A stretch of DNA of 64,000 nt from NCBI GenBank assembly GCA_963678315.1, contig OY782781.1:1504001-1568000 (forward strand), given 5' to 3'. This stretch comes from Candidatus Cloacimonadales bacterium. Its GTDB lineage: Bacteria > Cloacimonadota > Cloacimonadia > Cloacimonadales > JAFGVF01. The notes under the pieces were generated by a model. The model was not told the DNA's origin, searched no databases, and saw only the letters and a program-made list of their open reading frames with translations. The position numbers and the translations under genes are program-made. Shown one piece after another: positions 29,351-39,131 of this stretch; within the stretch, counting starts at the first letter, position 1; each line of letters begins with the position of its first letter.

Positions 29351-30853
29351 ATGTCTAAACAACTAACCAACAGAGAATTCGACAAATACGTTGAACAACT
29401 TGTCAAAACCATAAAAAAGCACACTACAGGCTTTCCCAATGATACAGCTCATAAACAGCGAATCAGAAAAGAAAAAGCTCTCAGCGATTTCCTCTTCTTT
29501 GCTAAAACTTATTTCCCTCATTACATCAGGGCTCAATTTGGAAAACCTCATAAGCAAATGCACGAGGAAACAGAGAAATTAGGACAAATAACAGCTATTG
29601 CTGGTTTTAGAGGTCTTGGTAAAACAACGCTTCTTTCTGTAATTAAACCTATGTGGAAGGCACTCAGAGAAGAGATTTTCTTTAACTGTAAGATTGCAAA
29701 GTCTGATGATAAAGCAAAAGAGAGAACTGCTGCCATCAGAGCTGAATTTATGCACAATGAGTGTATCAAACATGACTTCGGTTTACAGGTAAGGCCTAAC
29801 TCTTCTGATCTAGATTTTACTATTAAGACAGGTTGCCGTTTCTTAGCTATGGGATATAAAACAGGTGTTCGTGGTGTTATAAACATGACTCACAGACCTG
29901 ATTATATAGACATAGATGACTTAGAAGACCACAACTCTTTCAATGAAAGAATTGCTAAAGAAAAGCTTCAATTTGTTACAGAAGAAGCCTACGGTGCTTT
30001 AGAAGATGGACTTGGTTATGTTATCTGGCTTGGGAACTTAACTCATCAGAAATCAGCTCTAAATCTTTTCTATAAGTCAACTAAAACTGGTGAACTTGAA
30101 GGACGTAAGATGCTTATTATCAAAGTTGATGATGGCAATTTTAATCCTGCTTGGCCTGAAAAGCATACACGTGAAATGTTAATCAAAATCTACAAAACTA
30201 TTGGCAGATTTGGTTATGAACGTCACTTCCGGATGAATCCTCTAGTAGAAGGACTTAAATTCAAAGAAGCCTGGTTCAGATATTACTCCCCTGAAGATAT
30301 CGAAAATGTTACTTTTGATAAGATTGTTAACTATACTGACCCTTCACTTGGGGAAAAGAAAACAAGTGATTATAAGGCTTCAATGACTGTTGGTTACTAC
30401 AAAAAGAAGTACTATCTCCTTGAATGCTATATCAGAAAAGCATCTATCATTGATATGATTAAATATCTCTACTACATCCACTCTAAATACAACGCTCACA
30501 TGTATATGGAAGCCAACTTCTGGCAAAAAGTTCTCTGGGATTACATTCCTCAACTTGCTGAAGTATTTAAATACCTTCTTCCAGTAAGAGGTGTCATAAA
30601 TACAGAAAAGAAAGAACTCAGAATAGAACGCTTAGAACCTTACTTTGAGTGGGGTTGGCTACTATTCCCAATAATAGAAACACCGGAGATTGCACTTCTC
30701 AAAGACCAACTTCTCGGATTCCCAAACTATCCAAATGATGATGGTGGAGATGCTCTTGCAGGTGCTGTAAATGAACTCAAAAACGACTCTCAGGAGGAAA
30801 GCTATGAAACCATTGAAACTAAACTGGCAACTAAATTCTCAGATGTCTGGTAA
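29351..30853 (+). CDS. Terminase large subunit
   Basis: FRGLGKTT, RPDYIDIDDLED, DPSLG...SDYKA and DDGGDALAGA motifs. Confidence 0.9.
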   Translation: MSKQLTNREFDKYVEQLVKTIKKHTTGFPNDTAHKQRIRKEKALSDFLFFAKTYFPHYIRAQFGKPHKQMHEETEKLGQITAIAGFRGLGKTTLLSVIKPMWKALREEIFFNCKIAKSDDKAKERTAAIRAEFMHNECIKHDFGLQVRPNSSDLDFTIKTGCRFLAMGYKTGVRGVINMTHRPDYIDIDDLEDHNSFNERIAKEKLQFVTEEAYGALEDGLGYVIWLGNLTHQKSALNLFYKSTKTGELEGRKMLIIKVDDGNFNPAWPEKHTREMLIKIYKTIGRFGYERHFRMNPLVEGLKFKEAWFRYYSPEDIENVTFDKIVNYTDPSLGEKKTSDYKASMTVGYYKKKYYLLECYIRKASIIDMIKYLYYIHSKYNAHMYMEANFWQKVLWDYIPQLAEVFKYLLPVRGVINTEKKELRIERLEPYFEWGWLLFPIIETPEIALLKDQLLGFPNYPNDDGGDALAGAVNELKNDSQEESYETIETKLATKFSDVW

Positions 30854-30920
30854 CAGGAACACAGGCGTCTCTGCCTGTAACTCAACAAATCAACACCTAA
30901 ACAAATAAACAGAGGATAAA

Positions 30921-33419
30921 ATGAACTTAATAAATCTATTCAAAAAAACTAACACCACTATCCTGACCCAAACAAAGATTGAAGAAAGCAAGCCTCTCTG
31001 GACTACCAACGTGACTCCTGGAGAGATTGCTCTTGCTATGATAAAGAGCCACAACGGCTATCTTAGATACCTAAATAACCTCTATGATAAACTTTATAAG
31101 TATGATGATAATCTTGCAGGAGATACTGATGTTCGTATCGAAGCACTTAAATCAGCAAACTACATCTTACCTGAAGGTTTATCTAAACAACAAACTCATT
31201 TCTTTACTTCCTTCTTGGATAAATTCTTCACAACTCTAGTAGACCACACCCTAGAACTAAAACTAAGAGGAAACCTCTTCAAACAGATAGTTTTTGCTTT
31301 AGAAAACAACCTCTACACAATCGAAAAGTTCATATCTTACAAAAACCTCGATTTAAGGGCTGTAAATCATGAATTGGCATTCTATGTCAATGATGAGAAG
31401 AAAACACTCTCAGATGATAAATTTGTGCGTATTTTTAAAGATTCTGCTGTCTATGAGTCTATCATCAAATATTATGCCTTCTTTTCATTCGCTTTAAACA
31501 ATTGGGCATCTTTTATTGAAACCTACGGAAAGCCTATCAGAATTGGCAAATACAAACCAGGATCTACAAAAGATGAAGTTCGCAAGCTAAAAGAAATGAT
31601 TAAGAATCTTGGTTCTGATTTAGGAGCTGTTATCTCTGAAAATACTCTCATTGAATTTGCTGATTTTAAGAACGCTAGAGCTAATTCAGAGCTCTATGAC
31701 AACTTGCTTAACTTCTGTAAAAAAGCTATTTCCAAAAGAATACTAGGACAAACACTTACCACCAACACAGAAACAACAGGCTCTTATGCTCAAGCTAAAG
31801 TTCATGATATGGTGCGTAAAGATATCCTTCAAGCTGATCTAAGAGATTGCTCTAAATATATCAGCCAAATCTGTTCACGTCTAAACAGACTAAATTTCTC
31901 TGATAACGATATCAAAATTGAGCTCTCTCTCCCTGAACACATTGACCTATCTACTAAGATCACCATAGACACCCAACTCAACAATATCATTCAAATAGAA
32001 CCAGATTACTGGTACAATACCTATAACATCCCAATCCCTAAATCAGGTGCTAAACTTGTAACCACTGGGAACGCTCGGCTGCTAGCCGGCTCTTCAATTC
32101 CTCTCACTGGGAACGCTGGCATCCTTGCCGGCTCTTCAAACACTTTACCAGGAGGCACGTCAAATGACGTTCCCTTTCTACCTTCAGGAATAGTATTTTC
32201 TCAAAGCTATCTCAACAAAAGCAACAAAAAAGTCGCAAAAATAAACGAGAAATATCTCTCTAAACTGGACACCTTAGACAAAGCTAAAGATGCTTCTTTT
32301 CCAGGTGATCTATATTATTACTTCGGGAATGAGCTTTCCAAGCTGCTTCTAGCATCTTACTCCCAACAAAAAGTTCAGACCTATCGCAAAACCTCCAACA
32401 GAGAAGGCCTAGCCCCTGTGCTGGCATCAGATTCTTTCGATATTGACTGGAATCTCACAGACGTCAAAGCTCTCCATGCTTTCAGACAACAGGCCTTCCA
32501 AGTAGCTGGAGTTAATTGTGAAAACCTTAGACAGATGATAAAAGACCAAGCAGAAAAAGCCATTACTGAAGGTATTACATTTGCTGAATTTAGAGAAAAC
32601 CTCAAGCTGAATGGATTCGAAGCGGATAATCCTTATCATCTCAAGACCAACTTCGAAACAGCCATCAATGGTGCTAAATCTGCAGCCAAATGGCAAGACA
32701 TCCAGGAGTTAGAAGACATCTTTCCATATCTCAGGTATTTAACTATGAATGACGATGCTGTGCGAGAAGAACACAAAGCTTGGCATGGCTTAGTCTTACC
32801 AGTAAATGATCTCTTCTGGAATGAAAGCTATCCACCTAATGGTTACGGTTGTAGATGTGATGTTGAACAAATCACAGAGGATGAAGCCAAAGAATCAAAG
32901 CGTTTCGGAGATAAACCAGATCCAGAAACTAAAACCGATAATCACTTCAAAGGCAATCCAGGTAAAGACAATTCAATCTGGGGAAACTGGCTGAAAGAGC
33001 AGTCTTTAAAATCAACCGATCCTAGCGAGCTAAAGCTCAAAGACTGGTCAACCGTCAAAGGAACTAAAAAAGAGCCTGAAAAGCTTGTTTTTGCTAAAAC
33101 AGACGAGGCTAAAGACTATTTCAACGATAACATTGCTGGCTTAAATATAGATGTATGCAAATACCCTACTAATATCCCTGATTCACTCTTCAATAATATC
33201 AAAAGCAAACATCAAGATAAAATGTCTTTCATCAAACCAACTCTTGAGTCTCCTACAGAAGTCTGGACTGACTCCAACAACCACACCAACTACCTCAAGA
33301 AATACCCTTCAGGAACTTCTAAAATTGTTGTTAACATTGCAGGTGATGTTATAGAATTTGATATACCAGGAGAGAGTAAAATTGATATACTAAGAAAAGG
33401 GGATTGTGTGAAGAAGTAA
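30921..33419 (+). CDS. Portal (DUF935) fused to MuF head morphogenesis domain and an extra C-terminal domain
   Basis: WASFIETYGKP, ISKRILGQTLT and GSYAQAKVH (portal); YLRY..MND..VREEH...YPPNGYGCRC (MuF); TLESPTEVW in the tail. Confidence 0.88.
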   Translation: MNLINLFKKTNTTILTQTKIEESKPLWTTNVTPGEIALAMIKSHNGYLRYLNNLYDKLYKYDDNLAGDTDVRIEALKSANYILPEGLSKQQTHFFTSFLDKFFTTLVDHTLELKLRGNLFKQIVFALENNLYTIEKFISYKNLDLRAVNHELAFYVNDEKKTLSDDKFVRIFKDSAVYESIIKYYAFFSFALNNWASFIETYGKPIRIGKYKPGSTKDEVRKLKEMIKNLGSDLGAVISENTLIEFADFKNARANSELYDNLLNFCKKAISKRILGQTLTTNTETTGSYAQAKVHDMVRKDILQADLRDCSKYISQICSRLNRLNFSDNDIKIELSLPEHIDLSTKITIDTQLNNIIQIEPDYWYNTYNIPIPKSGAKLVTTGNARLLAGSSIPLTGNAGILAGSSNTLPGGTSNDVPFLPSGIVFSQSYLNKSNKKVAKINEKYLSKLDTLDKAKDASFPGDLYYYFGNELSKLLLASYSQQKVQTYRKTSNREGLAPVLASDSFDIDWNLTDVKALHAFRQQAFQVAGVNCENLRQMIKDQAEKAITEGITFAEFRENLKLNGFEADNPYHLKTNFETAINGAKSAAKWQDIQELEDIFPYLRYLTMNDDAVREEHKAWHGLVLPVNDLFWNESYPPNGYGCRCDVEQITEDEAKESKRFGDKPDPETKTDNHFKGNPGKDNSIWGNWLKEQSLKSTDPSELKLKDWSTVKGTKKEPEKLVFAKTDEAKDYFNDNIAGLNIDVCKYPTNIPDSLFNNIKSKHQDKMSFIKPTLESPTEVWTDSNNHTNYLKKYPSGTSKIVVNIAGDVIEFDIPGESKIDILRKGDCVKK

Positions 33420-33453
33420 AAAAAGAGAGAAGATTTGCTTCTCTCTTATCTAC

Positions 33454-34272
33454 TTATTTTCTACTAGATAATTTATGATAAAGTTCTAATATATCATTAA
33501 TTATAGCTATGTTTTTTTGATTACAATTTTTGGTTTTATTGATAATGTCAAAGAATTTTAATTGATAGTCAGTTTCCTGAATTGATTCAATATCACTGAT
33601 ATTTTTCATTGTCAACATTCCTTTTAAAGACTCTTTAATACCAATTAACTCTGATTTATAGTATCTACTCGAGTTCTCCTTATTTAATTTAACGCTTGTT
33701 TCAAGTGAATTTACCCACATTACCAGAGCAACTAGATAGTCTTTTTTTGTTTCAAAACTTAAACCTAAAGTTGAATATATCATATTAATTTCTATAAGTG
33801 TTTTATCATCATGCAGTTTTCTTAATTTATTAGCAGTCTCAAAATCCTTTGTTAATTTAGATATCTCCTCATCAGTTGTATCTTTTATCTCTTTAGGTAA
33901 CTTCCAGCCAACATACCAAGTGATAAACACAGTTAGAAAAACCCCAAAAATAGTAACAAACAAAGTATAAAACATATTAGTCTTTGCCAATTCATTAGAG
34001 AATATTGCTCTTTGTTCATCTAAATCATACTGTTTTAGAAGTAACAAATCAAGTTTAGCTCTTAGGGTATCATTCTCAGCAATTAGCACATCTACTTTTT
34101 CTCTAGTGCAGTAATCATCATAATTAATGTCTCTACTTTCTGTTACAGCAACATTTGTGTAATACTCATTTTCAGGATAAAATGTTCTTTTCCCAAGCAG
34201 AAAGAGCCCTACAATTATTAGCAATAGCACAACTAATGATAGCCCCCCAATCCAACTAGTAAGATTCTTCAC
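33454..34272 (-). CDS. Moron membrane protein (2 TM + coiled coil)
   Basis: Hydrophobic N-terminus, second TM FLTVFITWYVGWKLP; very AT-rich. The start may be a GTG. Confidence 0.7.
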   Translation of the reverse strand: MKNLTSWIGGLSLVVLLLIIVGLFLLGKRTFYPENEYYTNVAVTESRDINYDDYCTREKVDVLIAENDTLRAKLDLLLLKQYDLDEQRAIFSNELAKTNMFYTLFVTIFGVFLTVFITWYVGWKLPKEIKDTTDEEISKLTKDFETANKLRKLHDDKTLIEINMIYSTLGLSFETKKDYLVALVMWVNSLETSVKLNKENSSRYYKSELIGIKESLKGMLTMKNISDIESIQETDYQLKFFDIINKTKNCNQKNIAIINDILELYHKLSSRK

Positions 34273-34494
34273 ATATACCTCCTCAAATATTATGCTTCAT
34301 TAACATCATTGATATTTATATTGTCAATGCATTTTATATATCATTCCCTGAATAACATTAAAAAATAGAATTTAATATAGCAATGAAATAGTATATGTGA
34401 TACACTAAGAAAAGGGGATTGTTTTAAAAGTAATTTACTGGGAGTCAGTGCTGGTATCAATAAAGGGAGATGTGTGCTTTTCCCTTTTTATAAG

Positions 34495-35463
34495 TTAATC
34501 CCCAATTAGTCTTTGGATAATTCCTTTCTTCTTTTTCTTCTGTTTAATATGTTCATCTAATTCAACACTTCTTAGTTTCATATCTATTTGATCCCATAGT
34601 TTGATATTATTAGTTACAAGCTCTTTAAAACTATCTAATCCTTCGATTGTAGAAGACTTAATGTGATAGAGAAGATTTTTATAGTATGCTACTTCGTATT
34701 TATTTATTTCTAGTTCAATATTCCTACTCGTTAATAAGTCATCAGTTAAGTTTTCTATTCTTTTAATTAGACTCATCAAATTACTTTTTTCGTAATCAGA
34801 TATTTCTATATCTGTAAGATAACTAACCAAGGATGATAATTGAGAAATCACAATCAGCAACTCTGTTTTTTTTGACCCATATTTGTCAGTCATTTCATAA
34901 TAAAATTCATCAAAATGTTCATAGAAACTTGCTAACTGTAGCCATATAGTTTTTACTTCTTTTTGGTACATATCTCCTAAATCATCGATTTTAATTTGAA
35001 AATCATTTTTTGTGTTCACTATTTGCTTTATTGTGAATTTCTTAATCTCTTCGTTATGTTTGTTTACTTCATCTTTCATTTTATCTGGTAGTCTTAAACC
35101 AATAAACCATGTAAAAAAAATAGTTAGTACTGCTGATAAAACACCTGTTATCCACCAGAAAACAGACAAATATCTATCAAAATCATCTTTCAAATCATCA
35201 TATTCAATCTTATATAAATCCCTTTCAGTAGAAGATAGTACCTTTTGGGATTCAAGATATTTAATTCTTTTATCCTGCTGCTTAATGATAGATTGTAACT
35301 TATTTATTTCTTCAATATTACAAGCTTCAAGCTGCTTAAATCGCTCTTCAATATAAGTAATCTGTTTATCCGGTTCTAAGCCAAACAAACCACTAAACAC
35401 TAATATGAGAAAAACAACTATTTTAATTTTCATAAATAACCTCTTTAAATCTTTTCTAATCAA
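34495..35463 (-). CDS. Moron membrane protein, paralog of 33454-34272
   Basis: Signal/TM, coiled coil, TM VLTIFFTWFIGLRLP. Confidence 0.7.
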   Translation of the reverse strand: MIRKDLKRLFMKIKIVVFLILVFSGLFGLEPDKQITYIEERFKQLEACNIEEINKLQSIIKQQDKRIKYLESQKVLSSTERDLYKIEYDDLKDDFDRYLSVFWWITGVLSAVLTIFFTWFIGLRLPDKMKDEVNKHNEEIKKFTIKQIVNTKNDFQIKIDDLGDMYQKEVKTIWLQLASFYEHFDEFYYEMTDKYGSKKTELLIVISQLSSLVSYLTDIEISDYEKSNLMSLIKRIENLTDDLLTSRNIELEINKYEVAYYKNLLYHIKSSTIEGLDSFKELVTNNIKLWDQIDMKLRSVELDEHIKQKKKKKGIIQRLIGD

Positions 35464-35558
35464 AATTTATCAAAATGAAAGATAGCAAAAATCAAACAAG
35501 ATCTTTGGATCCCTTTTCACATGTTTAAAAAAATGTTAAAGGCATAAACACCTTTAAT

Positions 35559-36479
35559 CTATAATCTGTTCAATGTCATAGAATCAAAACCGTTTATTAA
35601 TTTTTCTCTTAATCTAATTAGTTTTTCTTTATGTTCTTGTGTTAATATACCTTCTCCCTCAGAAAGTATGAATTTAATTTTCTCATTTAATTCTAACAAT
35701 TCTAAAGTTGTAGCATCAAAATCTTTAGTCATTTCAAAATATATACCATCTATTAAGATCATAAAGTCATTTAGAATCTCACTAACCTCAGGATATATTT
35801 GAACAATATTTATAATAGGACGGTAGCTGTTTATTAGCAATTTAAGAGAATGTTTGAATCTTCGATTATTTAATTCGTTTTTTATTAGTGTAAAATTGCT
35901 GTGCATAATAAGTTGAGTTTGATAAAGTATGGTTTTTTTATTTTGATCTGATTTCTTATCAAAATTTTCATTCAATAGATTTTTATAGCTTTCAACTAAT
36001 TCATTTGATCTCCTTTCAATTTTCTTGTGTTCTCTTGTAACATAATATAACAATATTGTAATAACTATAGCAAAAATTCCTACTATCCAACTTAGTAAAT
36101 TAGACCACAATGTTCTATACTCAATAAATCTAAAATGCAAATTGTTTAAGTTACAGTGTAAAGAATCTAATTTAGAAATTGTATCTATTTGTTTATTTAA
36201 CTTAGAGTTATTTTTGTGATAAAGACTATCAAGTTCGACAACATAATTTAGTAGTATTTCATCTAGATTGTTTACTAATATTGAGTCTGTTTCAGAAGAG
36301 TTGATAAAAATTCTTTGAGACCTTAGATCATTTATTCCTTCTTTCAAAATATTTTGCTCAGAAGTTTTTGAAAAAGTATTGAAAAAAACAATAAACATCA
36401 GAGTAATATAGACTATGTTTGTAATCGTTTCAATAACAGATAATTTAGATGACTTAGGCTTCATATATTTCCCTTGCAA
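35559..36479 (-). CDS. Moron membrane protein (2 TM)
   Basis: Same topology as its neighbours; TM WIVGIFAIVITILLY. Confidence 0.65.
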   Translation of the reverse strand: MQGKYMKPKSSKLSVIETITNIVYITLMFIVFFNTFSKTSEQNILKEGINDLRSQRIFINSSETDSILVNNLDEILLNYVVELDSLYHKNNSKLNKQIDTISKLDSLHCNLNNLHFRFIEYRTLWSNLLSWIVGIFAIVITILLYYVTREHKKIERRSNELVESYKNLLNENFDKKSDQNKKTILYQTQLIMHSNFTLIKNELNNRRFKHSLKLLINSYRPIINIVQIYPEVSEILNDFMILIDGIYFEMTKDFDATTLELLELNEKIKFILSEGEGILTQEHKEKLIRLREKLINGFDSMTLNRL

Positions 36480-37047
36480 ACTGTAAATATTTTACTAATT
36501 TAATGATTTCTTTTAGTGTTACAGAATATGATAACTGTCCATAAATCTTTCTTTTCAATACTTCATAAATAATAGACATTTTTGATGATTTATATGAAAT
36601 ATAGTAAGCTACATATATTTCTTCAGAGCAGTTTTTAGAAATTACTATATACATTCCTATCATTGTCTTAGCAAGTTCTTCAGATAGGATTCCCTTTCGA
36701 GTTAGCCTTTTGATATATTTGGAGATATATACTATTTCTGTATAAAAATTTTTATACTCACGATAAGCCTTCTTATTTAAAACTCTTTCTAGAAATGCTA
36801 TAGCAATAGAATATTGATGAAAATCTTTGGTGTTAATGGCTGACACCCTAAAATCTGCAATGTAATCCTTAATTTTTGACTCTTGTGTTTTAATACTATC
36901 TGAAAAAAATTCTTTTCTATAAAACCTTTTTTGTTTATAATAAATCCATATTTTAACAAAAGATACTATTAAGAATAAAACATATACAATTATCATTACT
37001 TCTAATGACAAAGATTGTTTTAATGCTTCTACATATTTCTCTAACAT
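36454..37047 (-). CDS. Moron membrane protein (1 TM)
   Basis: N-terminal hydrophobic helix; overlaps the next gene. Confidence 0.6.
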   Translation of the reverse strand: MLEKYVEALKQSLSLEVMIIVYVLFLIVSFVKIWIYYKQKRFYRKEFFSDSIKTQESKIKDYIADFRVSAINTKDFHQYSIAIAFLERVLNKKAYREYKNFYTEIVYISKYIKRLTRKGILSEELAKTMIGMYIVISKNCSEEIYVAYYISYKSSKMSIIYEVLKRKIYGQLSYSVTLKEIIKLVKYLQFAREIYEA

Positions 37048-37462
37048 CTATTATCCTTATCTGAAAATCACATATTATTTATTTTTATCTTTTTCTTGAT
37101 ACAAGTATTAATTTATGTCAAGTTTTCTTCTCTTCTTGTATTTCATAGTCAGAGATTAAATCTTCTCGTGATTATCATCCCCTTAGTTTAGTTCCATTCA
37201 CCTACGACCTGCATTGCTACCTTTAATTTTCTTCTTTAAAATATCATACAAGTAGCTACTTACTTTTGACATATCACTGTTTTCAATATTAAAAGCTCTC
37301 AACTTAACTTGTTTATATTTTTTAGATATCTTTTCTCCTTTTCCCCTTGTTTATATTATAAATATTTATATCAAATTTTGTTGGTCAAGCTTTTTTTATT
37401 ATCTCGTGCTTACCATGGTCCCATTCTCAATAATCAATTATGCACTTATCCGTGGCTTCCTC

Positions 37463-37658
37463 TTATCTCCTAATTAAATAAGCCACAAACATCCTCTTAA
37501 CAATCGGATGCTTTAGTCTCTGGGCATAAGCCTCATTCTTAAATATCTTCAACTGATTAAAGAAGGCAATCCAATCTTCTTCAGTGTAGTTTTCCAGGAT
37601 CTCTTTCTCTTTAGCTTTAAATTCTTCATTTTTCTTTATCTCTTCAGGAGACAGCTCT
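37463..37658 (-). pseudogene. Duplicated 3' fragment of the 38298-38945 gene
   Basis: ~190 bp nearly identical to 38318-38511 (ELSPEEIKK...YLIRR), about 8 substitutions. Confidence 0.8.
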
Positions 37659-37839
37659 ATTTCATTAAATAGTTTGTGTGATGATTCTCTCAAAGTTGTC
37701 TGATATTACATTCTTGTAAATAATCTAATTAATTGCATTGTGAAATGGTTGAAAAAAAACTAGACATCCTTTTATGTATACTTTCTTATGTATTTAACTA
37801 ATATAATCTTATATTAAATCTAAGAAAGGAGGTAAGCTC

Positions 37840-37995
37840 ATGGATAAGTGGGAAATCTACAAAGATAACAAGAATGAGTGGCGTTGGAGAAGAACTTCTT
37901 CTAATGGTCGTATCGTTGGTGCATCGTCTCAAGGTTATACAAATAAATCAGATTGTATCAGCAATGCTCAAAGACATGGATATACAGGCAACTAA
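37840..37995 (+). CDS. YegP/DUF1508-family small protein (51 aa)
   Basis: MDKWEIYKDNKNEWRWRRTSSNGRIVGASSQGYTNKSDCISNAQRHGY; AGGAGG RBS; own terminator. Not in the ORF track. Confidence 0.85.
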   Translation: MDKWEIYKDNKNEWRWRRTSSNGRIVGASSQGYTNKSDCISNAQRHGYTGN

Positions 37996-38023
37996 TAGTT
38001 AGCTACCTGTATAAGTGATTAAC

Positions 38024-38062
38024 GCTCCAGTTTTATGTGACATCCAAAACTGGAGCTTTTTT
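38024..38062 (+). terminator. Intrinsic terminator of the YegP-like moron
   Basis: GCTCCAGTTTT...AAAACTGGAGC followed by TTTTTT. Confidence 0.8.
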
Positions 38063-38167
38063 ATTATTTGATAAATGTCAAACAACTGTCAATTATTTTT
38101 TTTCTTATCCTCAATCCCCTCTTGCATAAAATCATCAATTAATGCAGGAGGTTATTCAGCATCCCCT

Positions 38168-39120
38168 TTCGTGTTCTTAGTGTTTTTCGTGGTTCAATTC
38201 TTATTGGTGAAGATTCGTGCCATTTGTGGCTATCCTTTCTTCTTCGTGTAATTAGTGCAATTCGTGGATAGTCTCTTTTTATCTGCCTTTATCCGTGCTA
38301 TCCGTGGCTTTCTTCCTCTCTCCTAATTAAATAAGCTACAAACATCCTTTTAACAATCGGATGGTTTAGCCTCTGAGCATAAGCCTCATTCTTAAATATC
38401 TTCAGCTGATTAAAGAAGGCAATCCAATCTTCTTCAGTGTAGTTTTCTAGGATCTCTTTCTCTTTAGCTTTAAATTCTTCATTCTTCTTTATCTCTTCAG
38501 GAGACAGCTCTGGCTCTTTATAAGATGTATATCTCTGCTTCTCTTTACGTTTTCTGCTATTATATTCCTGCAAATACCCCTCAAATTTAGTCCCAAACAG
38601 AGTTTTAGGCCTAAGATACCTATGTTGATCTGTTGTCAGCCACTGAGCCGATTTTACATCAATAACCTGTTTAAATTCATCAACATTAAATCCATCATTA
38701 AGTCTGGCTCTGATGAGTGCTTTCGTATCGGAGGTGGAAGCTCTATATTCTTTACCGGTTACATGGTTCAAGTAGCCAATTATCTCAAGACATTTACTCT
38801 CAAAATCCTCTTTCGGACTCACCTTCTGTGCTTTTCCATACTTCTTTAACAACCTAAGCAAGAACTGCCTTTGCTTTTGCTCTAGCAGTTCTTTACCTAT
38901 CAAGTCTTTAGCTTCTAAATAAAGCTCTCTATTATCTTTCTTCATTCTCCATTATGCCTTTATCCGTGTTTATCTGTGCTATCCTTAGCTCTTTTTCTGC
39001 ATTCTTCTTATTAGTGTAGATTCGTGCCATTTGTGGCTATCCTTCCTTCTTCTTGGTGTAATTTGTGTAATTCGTGGATAGTCTCTTCTTATCTGCCTTT
39101 ATCCGTGCTATCTGTGGCTA
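38168..39120 (+). repeat. Clusters of 9-10-bp ATCCGTG/TTCGTG repeats; ~110-bp direct repeats at 38201-38310 and 39008-39120
   Basis: Direct sequence comparison; related clusters at ~23697, 27775, 28721, 37448 and 40316-40392. Confidence 0.8.
38298..38945 (-). CDS. Protein with conserved phage C-terminal (Phg_2220_C-like) domain
   Basis: IIGYLN..TGK.Y...LIRARLNDGF...VID.K..QW...YLRPKTLFGTKFEGYL. Confidence 0.8.
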   Translation of the reverse strand: MKKDNRELYLEAKDLIGKELLEQKQRQFLLRLLKKYGKAQKVSPKEDFESKCLEIIGYLNHVTGKEYRASTSDTKALIRARLNDGFNVDEFKQVIDVKSAQWLTTDQHRYLRPKTLFGTKFEGYLQEYNSRKRKEKQRYTSYKEPELSPEEIKKNEEFKAKEKEILENYTEEDWIAFFNQLKIFKNEAYAQRLNHPIVKRMFVAYLIRREEESHG

Positions 39121-39131
39121 AATCGTCACAA

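Noticed and set aside
27328..33419. Invertible segment (Gin-like)
   Set aside because: No flanking inverted recombination sites or invertase seen; repeats inside share orientation with those outside
37463..38511. Near-identical gene-end duplicate as the TR/VR pair of a diversity-generating retroelement
   Set aside because: Differences are mixed (T/C, C/T, G/C, A/G, G/A), not adenine-specific, and no reverse transcriptase is in the window
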